Below are positions 26,323 through 36,600 of a stretch of DNA of 64,000 nt, one piece after another. The DNA is taken from positions 1 to 64,000 of IMG/VR virus record IMGVR_UViG_3300023179_009086; one strand, 5' to 3'. This stretch comes from a virus. Numbering within the stretch: the first letter of the stretch is position 1; each line of letters begins with the position of its first letter. The notes under the pieces were generated by a model. It saw only the letters and a list, made by a program, of their open reading frames with translations. It ran no database searches and was not told the DNA's origin. The position numbers were made by a program, and so were the translations under genes.

Positions 26323-27233
26323 TTTCTTGACATCTTTAAACAATGTTCAAAAAATATTTCATAACTTAAAATTGTTTTATTCCATGAATATTCTTTTACA
26401 CTATTTATACAATTATTGGATAAATTTTCAAAATTTAATTTTTTTATAATATTAATTTTATTAATTAAATCTTCTATATTTCTTTCAAATAAAAAACCAT
26501 TATATCCGTCTTTTATTAAATATTTTGACCATCCAACTTTTGTGCTCAAAACTGGTATACCACACGCCAATGCTTCCAAAACTGGCATTGGACCACCCTC
26601 TGATTTTGAAGCACATATTAGAACAGATCCTTGATTATAAAAACTTGGCATTGCAGAGTTATCTATCTGCATATCTCTAGATTGAGTTAATAGTTTCAAA
26701 TCTTTTAATTTACTAAAAGTTGGAAATATAATATCACTATATCCTTTTATATCTCCATGATTGTTTTTGCTTGTATTTCCAGCCCATAAAAATATATTAT
26801 TAAAATTTAATTTTTTACTTTTAAAAAAAATATTTGGATCATATCCAGTTTGTGTCAAAAAAACTTTACTTGAATTTAGATCATTTTTTAAAGCAATTGA
26901 TGGAACACCAATGGCAATGTATTTATTACAAAAGTTTATAATATCTTTTTCAGACATACACCTCTTTTGCCAAGAGTTATAACTATGTATTCCTACACAT
27001 ATTTTGTTATTTGTAAAATTTCTAATATTATTTGGTCCAACTTTATGTATATTTCCCCAGTAAAACCAAAAAACTAAATCATAATTATTAAAATCTAATA
27101 TAATTTTTTTATTAAGAATATCTTCTTCATAAACTAACTCATAATTAAATTTTTTAGAAAATTTAATAATATTTTTAGCTATTATATCGTAAGCCCAGTC
27201 TTTAGTGTCTGCTACTATAAGTATTTTATTCAT
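26319..27233 (-). CDS. GT-B (GT4-like) glycosyltransferase
   Basis: CASKSEGGPMPVLEALACGIPVLSTKVG. Confidence 0.85.
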   Translation of the reverse strand: MNKILIVADTKDWAYDIIAKNIIKFSKKFNYELVYEEDILNKKIILDFNNYDLVFWFYWGNIHKVGPNNIRNFTNNKICVGIHSYNSWQKRCMSEKDIINFCNKYIAIGVPSIALKNDLNSSKVFLTQTGYDPNIFFKSKKLNFNNIFLWAGNTSKNNHGDIKGYSDIIFPTFSKLKDLKLLTQSRDMQIDNSAMPSFYNQGSVLICASKSEGGPMPVLEALACGIPVLSTKVGWSKYLIKDGYNGFLFERNIEDLINKINIIKKLNFENLSNNCINSVKEYSWNKTILSYEIFFEHCLKMSRK

Positions 27234-28356
27234 ATTTTTTTATAAAATTATAATAATCTAAGTTTTTATTTTTTTCTAATAAATTAATATTTTCAAAAAA
27301 TATATTAGAATAGTTTTTTTTCAAAATACCATTTGTTCCTAATTTTATTAAATTATTTGTTGCTTCAAAATTATTAAGATATAAAAGTTTTTTTGTTTCT
27401 TGTGATGCAAAAAGATTTTTATTTCCAAAATTATTATAAGCAATTACTGGTTTTTTCAAAAACATTGATTCTCTGATAGACCTTGACAAAGACTCCATCT
27501 TACAGCAATGTAGTATGCAGTCCATAGATTTTATATAAAAATTTGCATCAGGAACTAATCCTGTAATATTTACATAGTTTTGAATATTTAAATTCAAACA
27601 ATTATTTTTAATAGTTTGAATATATTCTTTATCTCCATCTCCTATAAAATATAATTTTCTAGGAAAAACAATATAGTTGTGTTTTTTTTCAATAGATTTA
27701 AAAATGTCAATTGCATCAAAAGGATTTTTAGATGGTTGAATTCTCCCTATAACTCCTATAGAAAATTCACTATTTGGTATATTAAAATTTTTCTTTCTAA
27801 ATTCTTTATAATCAAAATTATTTAATTCTAAATAACGTTTTAAGTTTAATGGTGGATGCAAATAAATAAATTTATTTTTTATTTTTAAATCTATATCTTT
27901 GTTTTTATTATATGTTAATGATAAATGATGATTTAAAGTTTCTTTTGAATTAAAAATAAAAAAATCAACATTTAAATTATCATTTAATGGAGATAAAACA
28001 TGAATAGAATTTTTTCCTGGAACATAAATATTTATATTTTTTTTATTTTTTAGTTCTTGTTTTATTTCATCATTTAATATTCTATATTGTAATATAAAAA
28101 AAAGATCAGTATTTTTTATATTTTCTAATAAAATATTTTTTGAATAAAATTCTTCTGTAAAAACTTCATTTGTTAAAATATTAAATCTTTTTGAAAAAAT
28201 ATCAAAATTAATAAAATCTTTAAATATATTATTATTTTCTATATCAAAATTAATCCAAGTATTATAATTTTTATTTTTAAAATATAAATATAATTCTATC
28301 ATTGATGTTTCTGCGCCACCAATGCCAGCTGGTGGTCTTATAATTCCTATTTTCAT
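27226..28356 (-). CDS. GT-B (GT4-like) glycosyltransferase
   Basis: IGGAE, IGRIQPSKN, MESLSRSIRESM..KKPVIA. Confidence 0.8.
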   Translation of the reverse strand: MKIGIIRPPAGIGGAETSMIELYLYFKNKNYNTWINFDIENNNIFKDFINFDIFSKRFNILTNEVFTEEFYSKNILLENIKNTDLFFILQYRILNDEIKQELKNKKNINIYVPGKNSIHVLSPLNDNLNVDFFIFNSKETLNHHLSLTYNKNKDIDLKIKNKFIYLHPPLNLKRYLELNNFDYKEFRKKNFNIPNSEFSIGVIGRIQPSKNPFDAIDIFKSIEKKHNYIVFPRKLYFIGDGDKEYIQTIKNNCLNLNIQNYVNITGLVPDANFYIKSMDCILHCCKMESLSRSIRESMFLKKPVIAYNNFGNKNLFASQETKKLLYLNNFEATNNLIKLGTNGILKKNYSNIFFENINLLEKNKNLDYYNFIKKYE

Positions 28357-28370
28357 GTTTTTCTCTTATT

Positions 28371-29243
28371 TTATTTTTTTAAAAAATTTAAAAAATTTTT
28401 AGATTGCTTTTTCCATGTCCAATTTTTTACTATTTCATTTTGAAATAAAATTCCATTTAAATTTAAATCAATATTATTATTTATAATATTGTTAACTTTT
28501 AAATTAAAATCATTTTCTGATATAATAATATTATCTTTTAAATTTTTGTTTTTAAATAATTCAGAAACATTTCCAACATTTGTTGATATTACATTTCTTC
28601 CACAAGCTGATGCTTCTAGCACTGGATTTGGAGTTCCCTCTGATGAGCTATAGCATATTAAAGTTCCTATTTTATTGTAAAAATCTACCATTTGGTTTTC
28701 ATCAAACAAATCTTTATTTGTAGCTGTTATTAGTTTTGCATTTTTATTTTTTAAAATTATATTTTTAATAATTTCAAACCTTTTTTCTTTTCTATCAGAA
28801 TTACCTACAAATCCAAAAATATTTTTATATTCATTTGGATTTGTATATTTTTTATATATTTTTTCATCCACACCAAATGGTGTATAATAAAATGAATTAT
28901 AATATTTTTTATACTCTTCTAGTAAATGAATATTTGATACACTAAATTTTTTATGTTTTAATAAAATTTCTTTAATATTTATTGGTCTATTTTTTTCATG
29001 GCTACTTATTGTAGTTATTAAATTTAAATCTTTATTTATTAAATAAGGTTCAATAATTTTATAGATTGGCCAATTTAATAAATAAATTATATCAAAATTT
29101 TTTAAATTAAAATTTTTAACTTCATTAAAATGAATAATTTCTGCATTTAAATTTAAATGTTTTTTTAAATTCATAGCCCTTTTATATAAGGCCCATTTAT
29201 AACTATCTACTATAAATAAATATTTTAAATTATTTGTTTCCAT
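28371..29243 (-). CDS. GT-B (GT4-like) glycosyltransferase
   Basis: SSSEGTPNPVLEASACGRNVISTNVG. Confidence 0.85.
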   Translation of the reverse strand: METNNLKYLFIVDSYKWALYKRAMNLKKHLNLNAEIIHFNEVKNFNLKNFDIIYLLNWPIYKIIEPYLINKDLNLITTISSHEKNRPINIKEILLKHKKFSVSNIHLLEEYKKYYNSFYYTPFGVDEKIYKKYTNPNEYKNIFGFVGNSDRKEKRFEIIKNIILKNKNAKLITATNKDLFDENQMVDFYNKIGTLICYSSSEGTPNPVLEASACGRNVISTNVGNVSELFKNKNLKDNIIISENDFNLKVNNIINNNIDLNLNGILFQNEIVKNWTWKKQSKNFLNFLKK

Positions 29244-30136
29244 TTTTCTATATATGTTTTAATATTAAAATATTTAATAGCTGTTTCTCTACCAGCATTT
29301 GAAATTTGATCATAAAGCGTTTTATTAGATAATAATAAATTAACTGCCTTTATCATACTATTTGGATCATTTGCAATTAAACTATTTACTTTATCTTTAA
29401 AATAAAATGGTGTATCATAATTTGAGGTTGTAATTATTGGCAAACCACACATCATGGCTTCGCCTCTAGATCTTGGAACTGCACTATGCAATGCTGTATT
29501 TAGATATCCAGAGTATGAATTATAAATATCAACTAATTTTGGATATGGAAATGTTCCAATATTAGATGGTATTCCTTCATTGCCATGACCAATTACGTCA
29601 CAAATTTTAGTCTGATCATTAACAAGTTTCCAATTAGAATATCCTAAAAATTCCCCTCTTTGTTTAAATAAACTATATGATGATAATATTCTTTTATTTT
29701 TAATTATATTTAATAGTTTAAATTCATTTGGATCAAAACCATGAACTATGTGATAGTGTTTTTTGGCTGGCATTTGTTTTTTAAATTTGTCCATAGATAC
29801 TTTTGAATTCCAGACAACAATTTTACACCAATCTGGAATTTTAAATGGAGTATGTGTTTGAACTACTGCTATTGGTTTTGCGCCATTTTTTACAAATGGA
29901 TAATAATCTTCATGTTTTATTCCAGATCTAATCATTATAACATCAGGAGATATATCTTTTAAATTATCTTTTGTTATAAAATTGACATTATCTTGTTTTG
30001 GCCTTCCCAATGATTCATGCGTATGCAATTCATTATTTACTCCCATACAATAAAATGTTGCATTATTTTTAAAAAATTCATATTGATGACCACCATGTAC
30101 TAGGAAGTCTAAAACTTTAGGATATGATTTCATCAA
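29225..30136 (-). CDS. GT-B (GT4-like) glycosyltransferase
   Basis: IVHGFD, YLNTALHSAVPRSRGEAMMCGLPIIT. Confidence 0.78.
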   Translation of the reverse strand: MMKSYPKVLDFLVHGGHQYEFFKNNATFYCMGVNNELHTHESLGRPKQDNVNFITKDNLKDISPDVIMIRSGIKHEDYYPFVKNGAKPIAVVQTHTPFKIPDWCKIVVWNSKVSMDKFKKQMPAKKHYHIVHGFDPNEFKLLNIIKNKRILSSYSLFKQRGEFLGYSNWKLVNDQTKICDVIGHGNEGIPSNIGTFPYPKLVDIYNSYSGYLNTALHSAVPRSRGEAMMCGLPIITTSNYDTPFYFKDKVNSLIANDPNSMIKAVNLLLSNKTLYDQISNAGRETAIKYFNIKTYIEKWKQII

Positions 30137-31154
30137 TTGTTTTCTCTATAATATTTGAGACATTTTTTATTGAAAAATCATTAAATAAATTAGATTTTTT
30201 TATTTTATTATTAAATACAAATCTTAATCTTTCTTTTAAAGATTCAATATTTGGTTTTGCCCATTTTTGATCACTAGAGTATAGTTTATTCCATTCCATT
30301 CCAGTTACTGGAACAATTTTATGATTAATATAATAAATGTTTTCTTTTAAAAAATCAGTAATACCACCGTATTTTGTTGTAATAATTGGATTACCAAAAA
30401 ATGCTGCCTCATGAATGGGCATACCCCAGCCCTCTCCATAGTGTGGTAGAACAAAACAATCACTATAATTATGCAAAGAATAAATATTACTTTCAGATAA
30501 ATAATCTGATATTAAAAAAACTTTTGCTTTACTATTATAGTATTTTTTTATTTTTTGTATTTGCTCTATTATATCTGAAACTTTTAAATTAGAAATTAAA
30601 TTAATTTTTAAAATTAAAACAACTTCTTCTCCATATTTAAATTCATCAAAATAAGCATTTAATAATTCATTATAACCTTTTCTTGGTTGCCATTGAAAAA
30701 TAGAATAAAATTTATAATAATTTGGATTTAAAAAATATTTAGATAAAGTATTTTTTAATTTAATATTTTCCGTATTTAAATTAGCAAGAGATGGAGTTGG
30801 AATTATTTTAATGGGATTTTTGTACCCAGCCTTAAGACAAACCTCCTTTACCAATTCACATGGAGCCCAAATTTCGTCAGAATCAATAATACTTTTCGAC
30901 CATTTCTCTGGTAAAGAATCAGTTTCCCAATAAAAATAAATAATTCGATATTTTCCAGATCTATCAGCTGGATAGGGTGGATGATTTAAAAAGAATTCTA
31001 TATCATATTTTAAATTATGATCATATGAAATAATATCATGAATAATTTTATAATCAATTTTATGATTTAAAATTTCTTGAAATGATTTTTTAAAAGCCTC
31101 TGTAGCCATTCCATATCCAGAATTGCTTTTAACTCCATTAAAAATTATATTCAT
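30117..31154 (-). CDS. GT-B (GT4-like) glycosyltransferase
   Basis: SGYG, WETDSLP, DEIWAP, QPRKG, CFVLPHYGEGWGMPIHEA. Confidence 0.87.
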   Translation of the reverse strand: MNIIFNGVKSNSGYGMATEAFKKSFQEILNHKIDYKIIHDIISYDHNLKYDIEFFLNHPPYPADRSGKYRIIYFYWETDSLPEKWSKSIIDSDEIWAPCELVKEVCLKAGYKNPIKIIPTPSLANLNTENIKLKNTLSKYFLNPNYYKFYSIFQWQPRKGYNELLNAYFDEFKYGEEVVLILKINLISNLKVSDIIEQIQKIKKYYNSKAKVFLISDYLSESNIYSLHNYSDCFVLPHYGEGWGMPIHEAAFFGNPIITTKYGGITDFLKENIYYINHKIVPVTGMEWNKLYSSDQKWAKPNIESLKERLRFVFNNKIKKSNLFNDFSIKNVSNIIEKTIDEIIS

Positions 31155-32527
31155 ATTATTATTCCATCAATAATTTTCATTTTATTATCAATATTAATTT
31201 CTATTGGTTTTTTAAAATCTTGAATAATTCTTTTAAAAAATATATTTGCAATATTTTCTGCATTATATTCTTTTGATTTTAAAACATTTTTATAATTATA
31301 GTTATAGTTATCATTAATAAATAATTTAATTTTATTAAAATCATAATTTATTTTATCAAATGTTAAAGAAATTGTATCTTTTAAAAGATCTGGTATTCCA
31401 CCAACTTCGGTACTTAAAATAGGCAGGCCTGATGCTAATGCTTCTAAGATAACATTTGGAACACCTTCCATTTCTGAGGTTAATAGTAAGCAATCAATTT
31501 TCTTATAAAAATCTAAAGCATTCTGCCATCCCAACATAGTAACATTTTTTCCTTTAGAATATGAAATTACTTCTAATTTTAATGGTCCATCACCAGCTAT
31601 ATATAAAGGTAAATTTAATTTTTCAGCTAGATCTATAGCTAATAATGGATTTTTTTCTTTAGAAAGTCTTCCTATAAAACCTAGATTTTTAATTTTAGTT
31701 GTTTTTCTGGAAAAATTAAATTTATTAAAATCTAATGGTGGAGGACAAATAATTTGTTCTTCAACATTAATATTTTTACCAACAAGAGTGGAGGTTTTAA
31801 AAACTACATCTATATTTTCTCTTTTTTCTATTAAAGACATAGCATCTGGCCATACAAAATCACTATGATAAATTTCATAAATTTTAATAGAAGGATTTAA
31901 TTTTTTATATGATAATAAATCATTATATAATTTTTTACTATTATAAAAAATTATTTGTTCATAACTATTTAAATTTAAAAATTGAAATAAATTATTTAAA
32001 TAATTTTTTATTTTAATATTTTTTGAAAATGTTGAATTTTTAATTTTATTATCAGAATTAATTAATAAATCAATAGGTAAATATGAAGGAACAAATTTTA
32101 ATAAATTTTCTAAATAAACTTCTGCGCCACCATATAATTGATATGGAATAATAAAACATATTTTAGCATATAAATCTATATATTCTTCTTTTTGTTTTGA
32201 AATAATTAATCTATTTATAATAATTTTTCCAATAGATCCTTTATTTTTTTCAATTAAAATTTCATCAGGCTCTTGGGGTAAAGAGCAATGTATTTTTTTT
32301 ACATTAAAAATATTAGAATCAATTATTTCTTTTATATTTTTTAATAAAATTTTATTTTTAAAAAATGAAATATTTAAAAAACTATCTCCAGATTGTTTTT
32401 TGCAAATTAATTCAATAATAAAATTATTACTTAAATTACTTACTGGAAGTTTAATTTTGTAATTAGAAAAAATTTCTATAGGAAAATTATATAAATTTTT
32501 ATTAAACTGTGAATCAAAAAGTTTCAT
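31151..32527 (-). CDS. GT-B (GT4-like) glycosyltransferase with an extra ~115-aa N-terminal domain
   Basis: YGGAE, IGRLSKEKN, AGDGP, TSEMEGVPNVILEALASGLP. Confidence 0.87.
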   Translation of the reverse strand: MKLFDSQFNKNLYNFPIEIFSNYKIKLPVSNLSNNFIIELICKKQSGDSFLNISFFKNKILLKNIKEIIDSNIFNVKKIHCSLPQEPDEILIEKNKGSIGKIIINRLIISKQKEEYIDLYAKICFIIPYQLYGGAEVYLENLLKFVPSYLPIDLLINSDNKIKNSTFSKNIKIKNYLNNLFQFLNLNSYEQIIFYNSKKLYNDLLSYKKLNPSIKIYEIYHSDFVWPDAMSLIEKRENIDVVFKTSTLVGKNINVEEQIICPPPLDFNKFNFSRKTTKIKNLGFIGRLSKEKNPLLAIDLAEKLNLPLYIAGDGPLKLEVISYSKGKNVTMLGWQNALDFYKKIDCLLLTSEMEGVPNVILEALASGLPILSTEVGGIPDLLKDTISLTFDKINYDFNKIKLFINDNYNYNYKNVLKSKEYNAENIANIFFKRIIQDFKKPIEINIDNKMKIIDGIII

Positions 32528-33609
32528 TTTATTAAATTTTCAATTTGTTTTGCAACACTATTCCAATTATATGTTTCTTTTAATATTTCATTATTTAAAA
32601 ATAATTTTTGAAATAAATTATTATAATTTTTATAAGCATTAATCATTTCTTGTGCTAAATGATTTACATCGGGCATATAAATTTTTGCACCTTTATTCAC
32701 TCTCCAATATTGATATTTTTCATCAGCTTCTACTTGTTTTACATCAATTAATAAAGAATTTTTATCATTTAAAAAATCTAATTGTCCGGTGCATCTAGGG
32801 GCAATAATAATTTTATTTAAAAACAAACCTTCTAATAAAGGTAAACCAAATCCTTCTGATGATGAAGCACTAACTACAGCATCACAAACATTATAAAGTG
32901 GTACAATATCATCAAGAGTATCAATAACAACTTCAACCGTTGGAAGATTTTTACCAAATTTTTTTTGAGCGTTCATTAATTGTTCTAAAAAATAACATTC
33001 AAATTTATGTTTTGGTTTATTAAGATTAGTTTTTATAACTAAACATACATCATCATCTTCTTTAAAAGCAGAATAATAAGCTTCTAAAATTAAATTTATA
33101 TTTTTTCTATAATGTGGTATTGAAATATTTAGAAATTTAAATTTTTTATTATTTTTTAATAAAAATTTATTCTTGTTATTAAGTATAGATAAATCTATAC
33201 CATGTGGTATAGTAATACATTTTTTAGAATCCCATCCGTTAGCTATAAAATTTTCTCTAGTCCAATTGCTAGATGGAAAAACATAATCAATATGTTTTAA
33301 TTCTGATATCCATTCTTTAGGTAAAATAGAAGATTCATAATTATAAATTGCTGCTTTTACTTTAGATTTTTTATTAAATCTTGTATTAAAATTTACGGGT
33401 AGAGTATAAGCAATATCAAGATCTGGAGATGGATGCCATTTTTCCAAATCTTTAATTAAATTATCAGGTATTAATTCTCTTCCGTTAATTGATTTTAAAT
33501 ATAAATTATTGCCTCTATTTTTAAAAGCAGTAAGTAACCCTCTCATAGTTACCGCCCAACTATGAGAGGTTCCAAGCATAGTTTCAGACCTTATATTTAA
33601 AAAATTCAT
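32524..33609 (-). CDS. GT-B (GT4-like) glycosyltransferase
   Basis: IPHGID, HYRKN, SSSEGFGLPLLEG. Confidence 0.87.
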   Translation of the reverse strand: MNFLNIRSETMLGTSHSWAVTMRGLLTAFKNRGNNLYLKSINGRELIPDNLIKDLEKWHPSPDLDIAYTLPVNFNTRFNKKSKVKAAIYNYESSILPKEWISELKHIDYVFPSSNWTRENFIANGWDSKKCITIPHGIDLSILNNKNKFLLKNNKKFKFLNISIPHYRKNINLILEAYYSAFKEDDDVCLVIKTNLNKPKHKFECYFLEQLMNAQKKFGKNLPTVEVVIDTLDDIVPLYNVCDAVVSASSSEGFGLPLLEGLFLNKIIIAPRCTGQLDFLNDKNSLLIDVKQVEADEKYQYWRVNKGAKIYMPDVNHLAQEMINAYKNYNNLFQKLFLNNEILKETYNWNSVAKQIENLIK

Positions 33610-33636
33610 AAGGTAATTATACTAAAAATATTTAAT

Positions 33637-36600
33637 TTAAGCCGAGAAACTACAAGGAAATGGACCTTCAATAAAAACGCCAGTAGAAGTTGAGCCAGTA
33701 ATAAAGAAGCAATCATCAGATTCTGATAAAATTACTTCTGGAACGCATTTACCAAGTCCAATTCTAGAAAGATCATTAATATTAATTGTTAAATCATTAT
33801 TTTTAAATCCAGATTTTTTCAAATAAACACCCAGATTTAAAACTGTTCTATTTTCAGTAATAACAGAGTCATATAGTATATTTTTTGTTTGTAATGTTAA
33901 AATTCCAGTAGATGGATCTAAAGTTGATCCTACTTTAAAAATAACTCCAGTTGTAATATCATAATAAATAATATTTAAAGATATTGAGTTTGTAATATTA
34001 AACGAATTAAGCTCATCAGTTTCTGATGTTAAAAGAAAAGCCTTATAATATCCTGGCAAATGACCAGGAACTGAAAGCATACTTTTGATTGCATCTGTAA
34101 CATCAAAACCAATGGTATCTGTTGCAATACCAGATATTGGTGCCAAAGATGAGATAATAGAAGTATTTGTAGATAAAATTAAATCCAAATACTTTGATAA
34201 ATTATTTGCATTAATATTTTCATAAGGAATTAATTTAAAATTAGAACTTGTAATATTAAAATCTTGAGATGCAATAAAGTTAATTGTTGCTGATATAACT
34301 TCGGTTTTTGAATTTAAATTTAAAGGAAAATTAAAAGATAATTCATTTAATTTTGGTCCAGCATATCCAATTAAAATTTCAGAAGATGTAATTTCATTTG
34401 ATACTTCCTCTTCATATGCTATGATAAAATCATTTGATAAAAAGTAAGTTTTATAAATATAAGAAGAAGAAGTTGTAACACCAGACGCTTCAGTTTTAAA
34501 TATTAAATTAGCAGCACCTTCACCAGGATTGGTAGAAAGTAATTCTCCAATTTTTATATATTCTTGTTCAAGAACTAATGAATTATTATTTTGATAATAG
34601 TAATAGGCAGTAGTAATATCATTAATTCTTCTTATTCTAAAATTAATGCTTTCATCCTCATCTTCTGGTGCAGGAATACTGTAATCAAATGCATAAATTT
34701 CAGAAGAACCATCATTGACAGAGCCGCTCCAGAAAATCTCTACACCATCTCCATTCCCAGACTGCCTCCATCCCAACTTTAAAACCGAGGTTCCACTATA
34801 TTCATTATTCATAGTAACTTGCATATAAGTCTGGATACTTCCTAATAATAATTTTGATGGGTCCCAGGAATTTCTTTTTCCAGTAAAAGAAATTGTAAAA
34901 TCTCCTGTTAAATCTGGTTCAGCAATAGGTCTGGTTAATGTTGAATAAGTTGAGGTAGAGGTATTAACATTAATTTCAAAAGAAGAATATGTGGTATAAT
35001 TATTAATTGTAGTATTTCCATCATTAGAATATGATGGCCAAGAAGAAAATCCAGAAGAATATATTTCTGGATAAGAAGAGTTTAAAATAATATCATTACT
35101 AGAATATGAAACCTCTGTCTCTGTAGTATAGCCATCTGCCGCATATCCATCGACTAAGGCATCTACATAAAGACTGGAAATTGCTTTTGATATTTTAACC
35201 CTTCCTAGTGATAAATCTGTAACACTACCTGAATCGTTGCAGCCGACTAATGTACCATCTGAATATCTCATGGCAGGATATCCTGCTGCAGTATTACAAG
35301 TTCCATTATAAGATTTTATAAAAGATTCATAAATATTAATTGAACAATCATCAATAGATCCCGGTGGTAGTGGTAATAAAACATTAACATATTCAAAATC
35401 ACCATGATGAGGTACTCCTGGTGCGGAAAGAATATCACCATTAGGTATATATAAATCATTTGGTAAAACTTTTTGATTTTTAATAACTGGTGATTCACTT
35501 AATTCATTAAAACAAACTTCATTTTCACATAAACAATTTTCTGTTTTAACTTCTAAAACAGCTTGTTCTACAAATCTTCTTAAATCAATAACATTTAATA
35601 AATTATTAGAAAATAAATTCCCAGCAGATGTAATGGTCCAGTTTTTAAAATCTGCTGGTATATTAACTAATAAATTATTATCAGCAAAAGTATTAACTTC
35701 TGTACCAGAATAAACTATAAGATCAAAAGCAGAGGAACCAATAAAACTTACTGAATTACCATCTAGAGTTGTAACTAAAGCAGAGGCATTTAATCCAGTA
35801 AAAGAAATTTCTGATATAAAATATTCTCCAGCATCACTTTCAGTTTCTGGAATAACAATTTTATCACCAGCTCTAATAATTCTTGTAGTCTCTTGGGAAA
35901 TTACACTAAAAGAAATAGCGTTAGTAGAGGTAGTGCAAACTCCAGTGTTAGCTATATCTTCAAAAATTAAAGGATAATTATTAACAGAATCAATATTAGA
36001 AAGTCCAATCTCTAAAACTGTAAATTCTTCTGGAATGGAAAAATTGATATACCCATCAATTGCATCCTCTATAATTGAAATATCGCTGCCATCAATTGAT
36101 CCATCATTATTTACATCTGATTTATAAAAATTAATTAAATCAATACTTCCATTTAATATTAAATTTTGAGTTACAGACGAGGTATAAGTATTTCCTGCTA
36201 ATTCTAGTACAGAATTAAGGTCCTGATAAGTAATCTTTCCATCGGAATTTAAATCTGCAACATTTTGAACTGAACAAGAAATTGATGAAATTTTATATTG
36301 AGATCCACAATTGCAACTGGTATCTGGAATAAAAATTCTATTTAAAATTGCTTTAGTTTTAATATCATTAGAAGGATTTATAAAATAAATTTTATCTGGA
36401 GTTATTTGTCCAACATAAGAAAATGTTCCAGAAATATCAGCTGGAGATCTATCATTATTATCTACAACATAACCTAAAATATTTGGATTTAAATCTAAAA
36501 TAGAATTTAATTCACTTTCTAATAGAATAGTAACACTATAAGAATCTAAAATTCTTGTAAAAGTATAATTTCCAGTTCTTGGATGAGCAATTGGTGTAGT

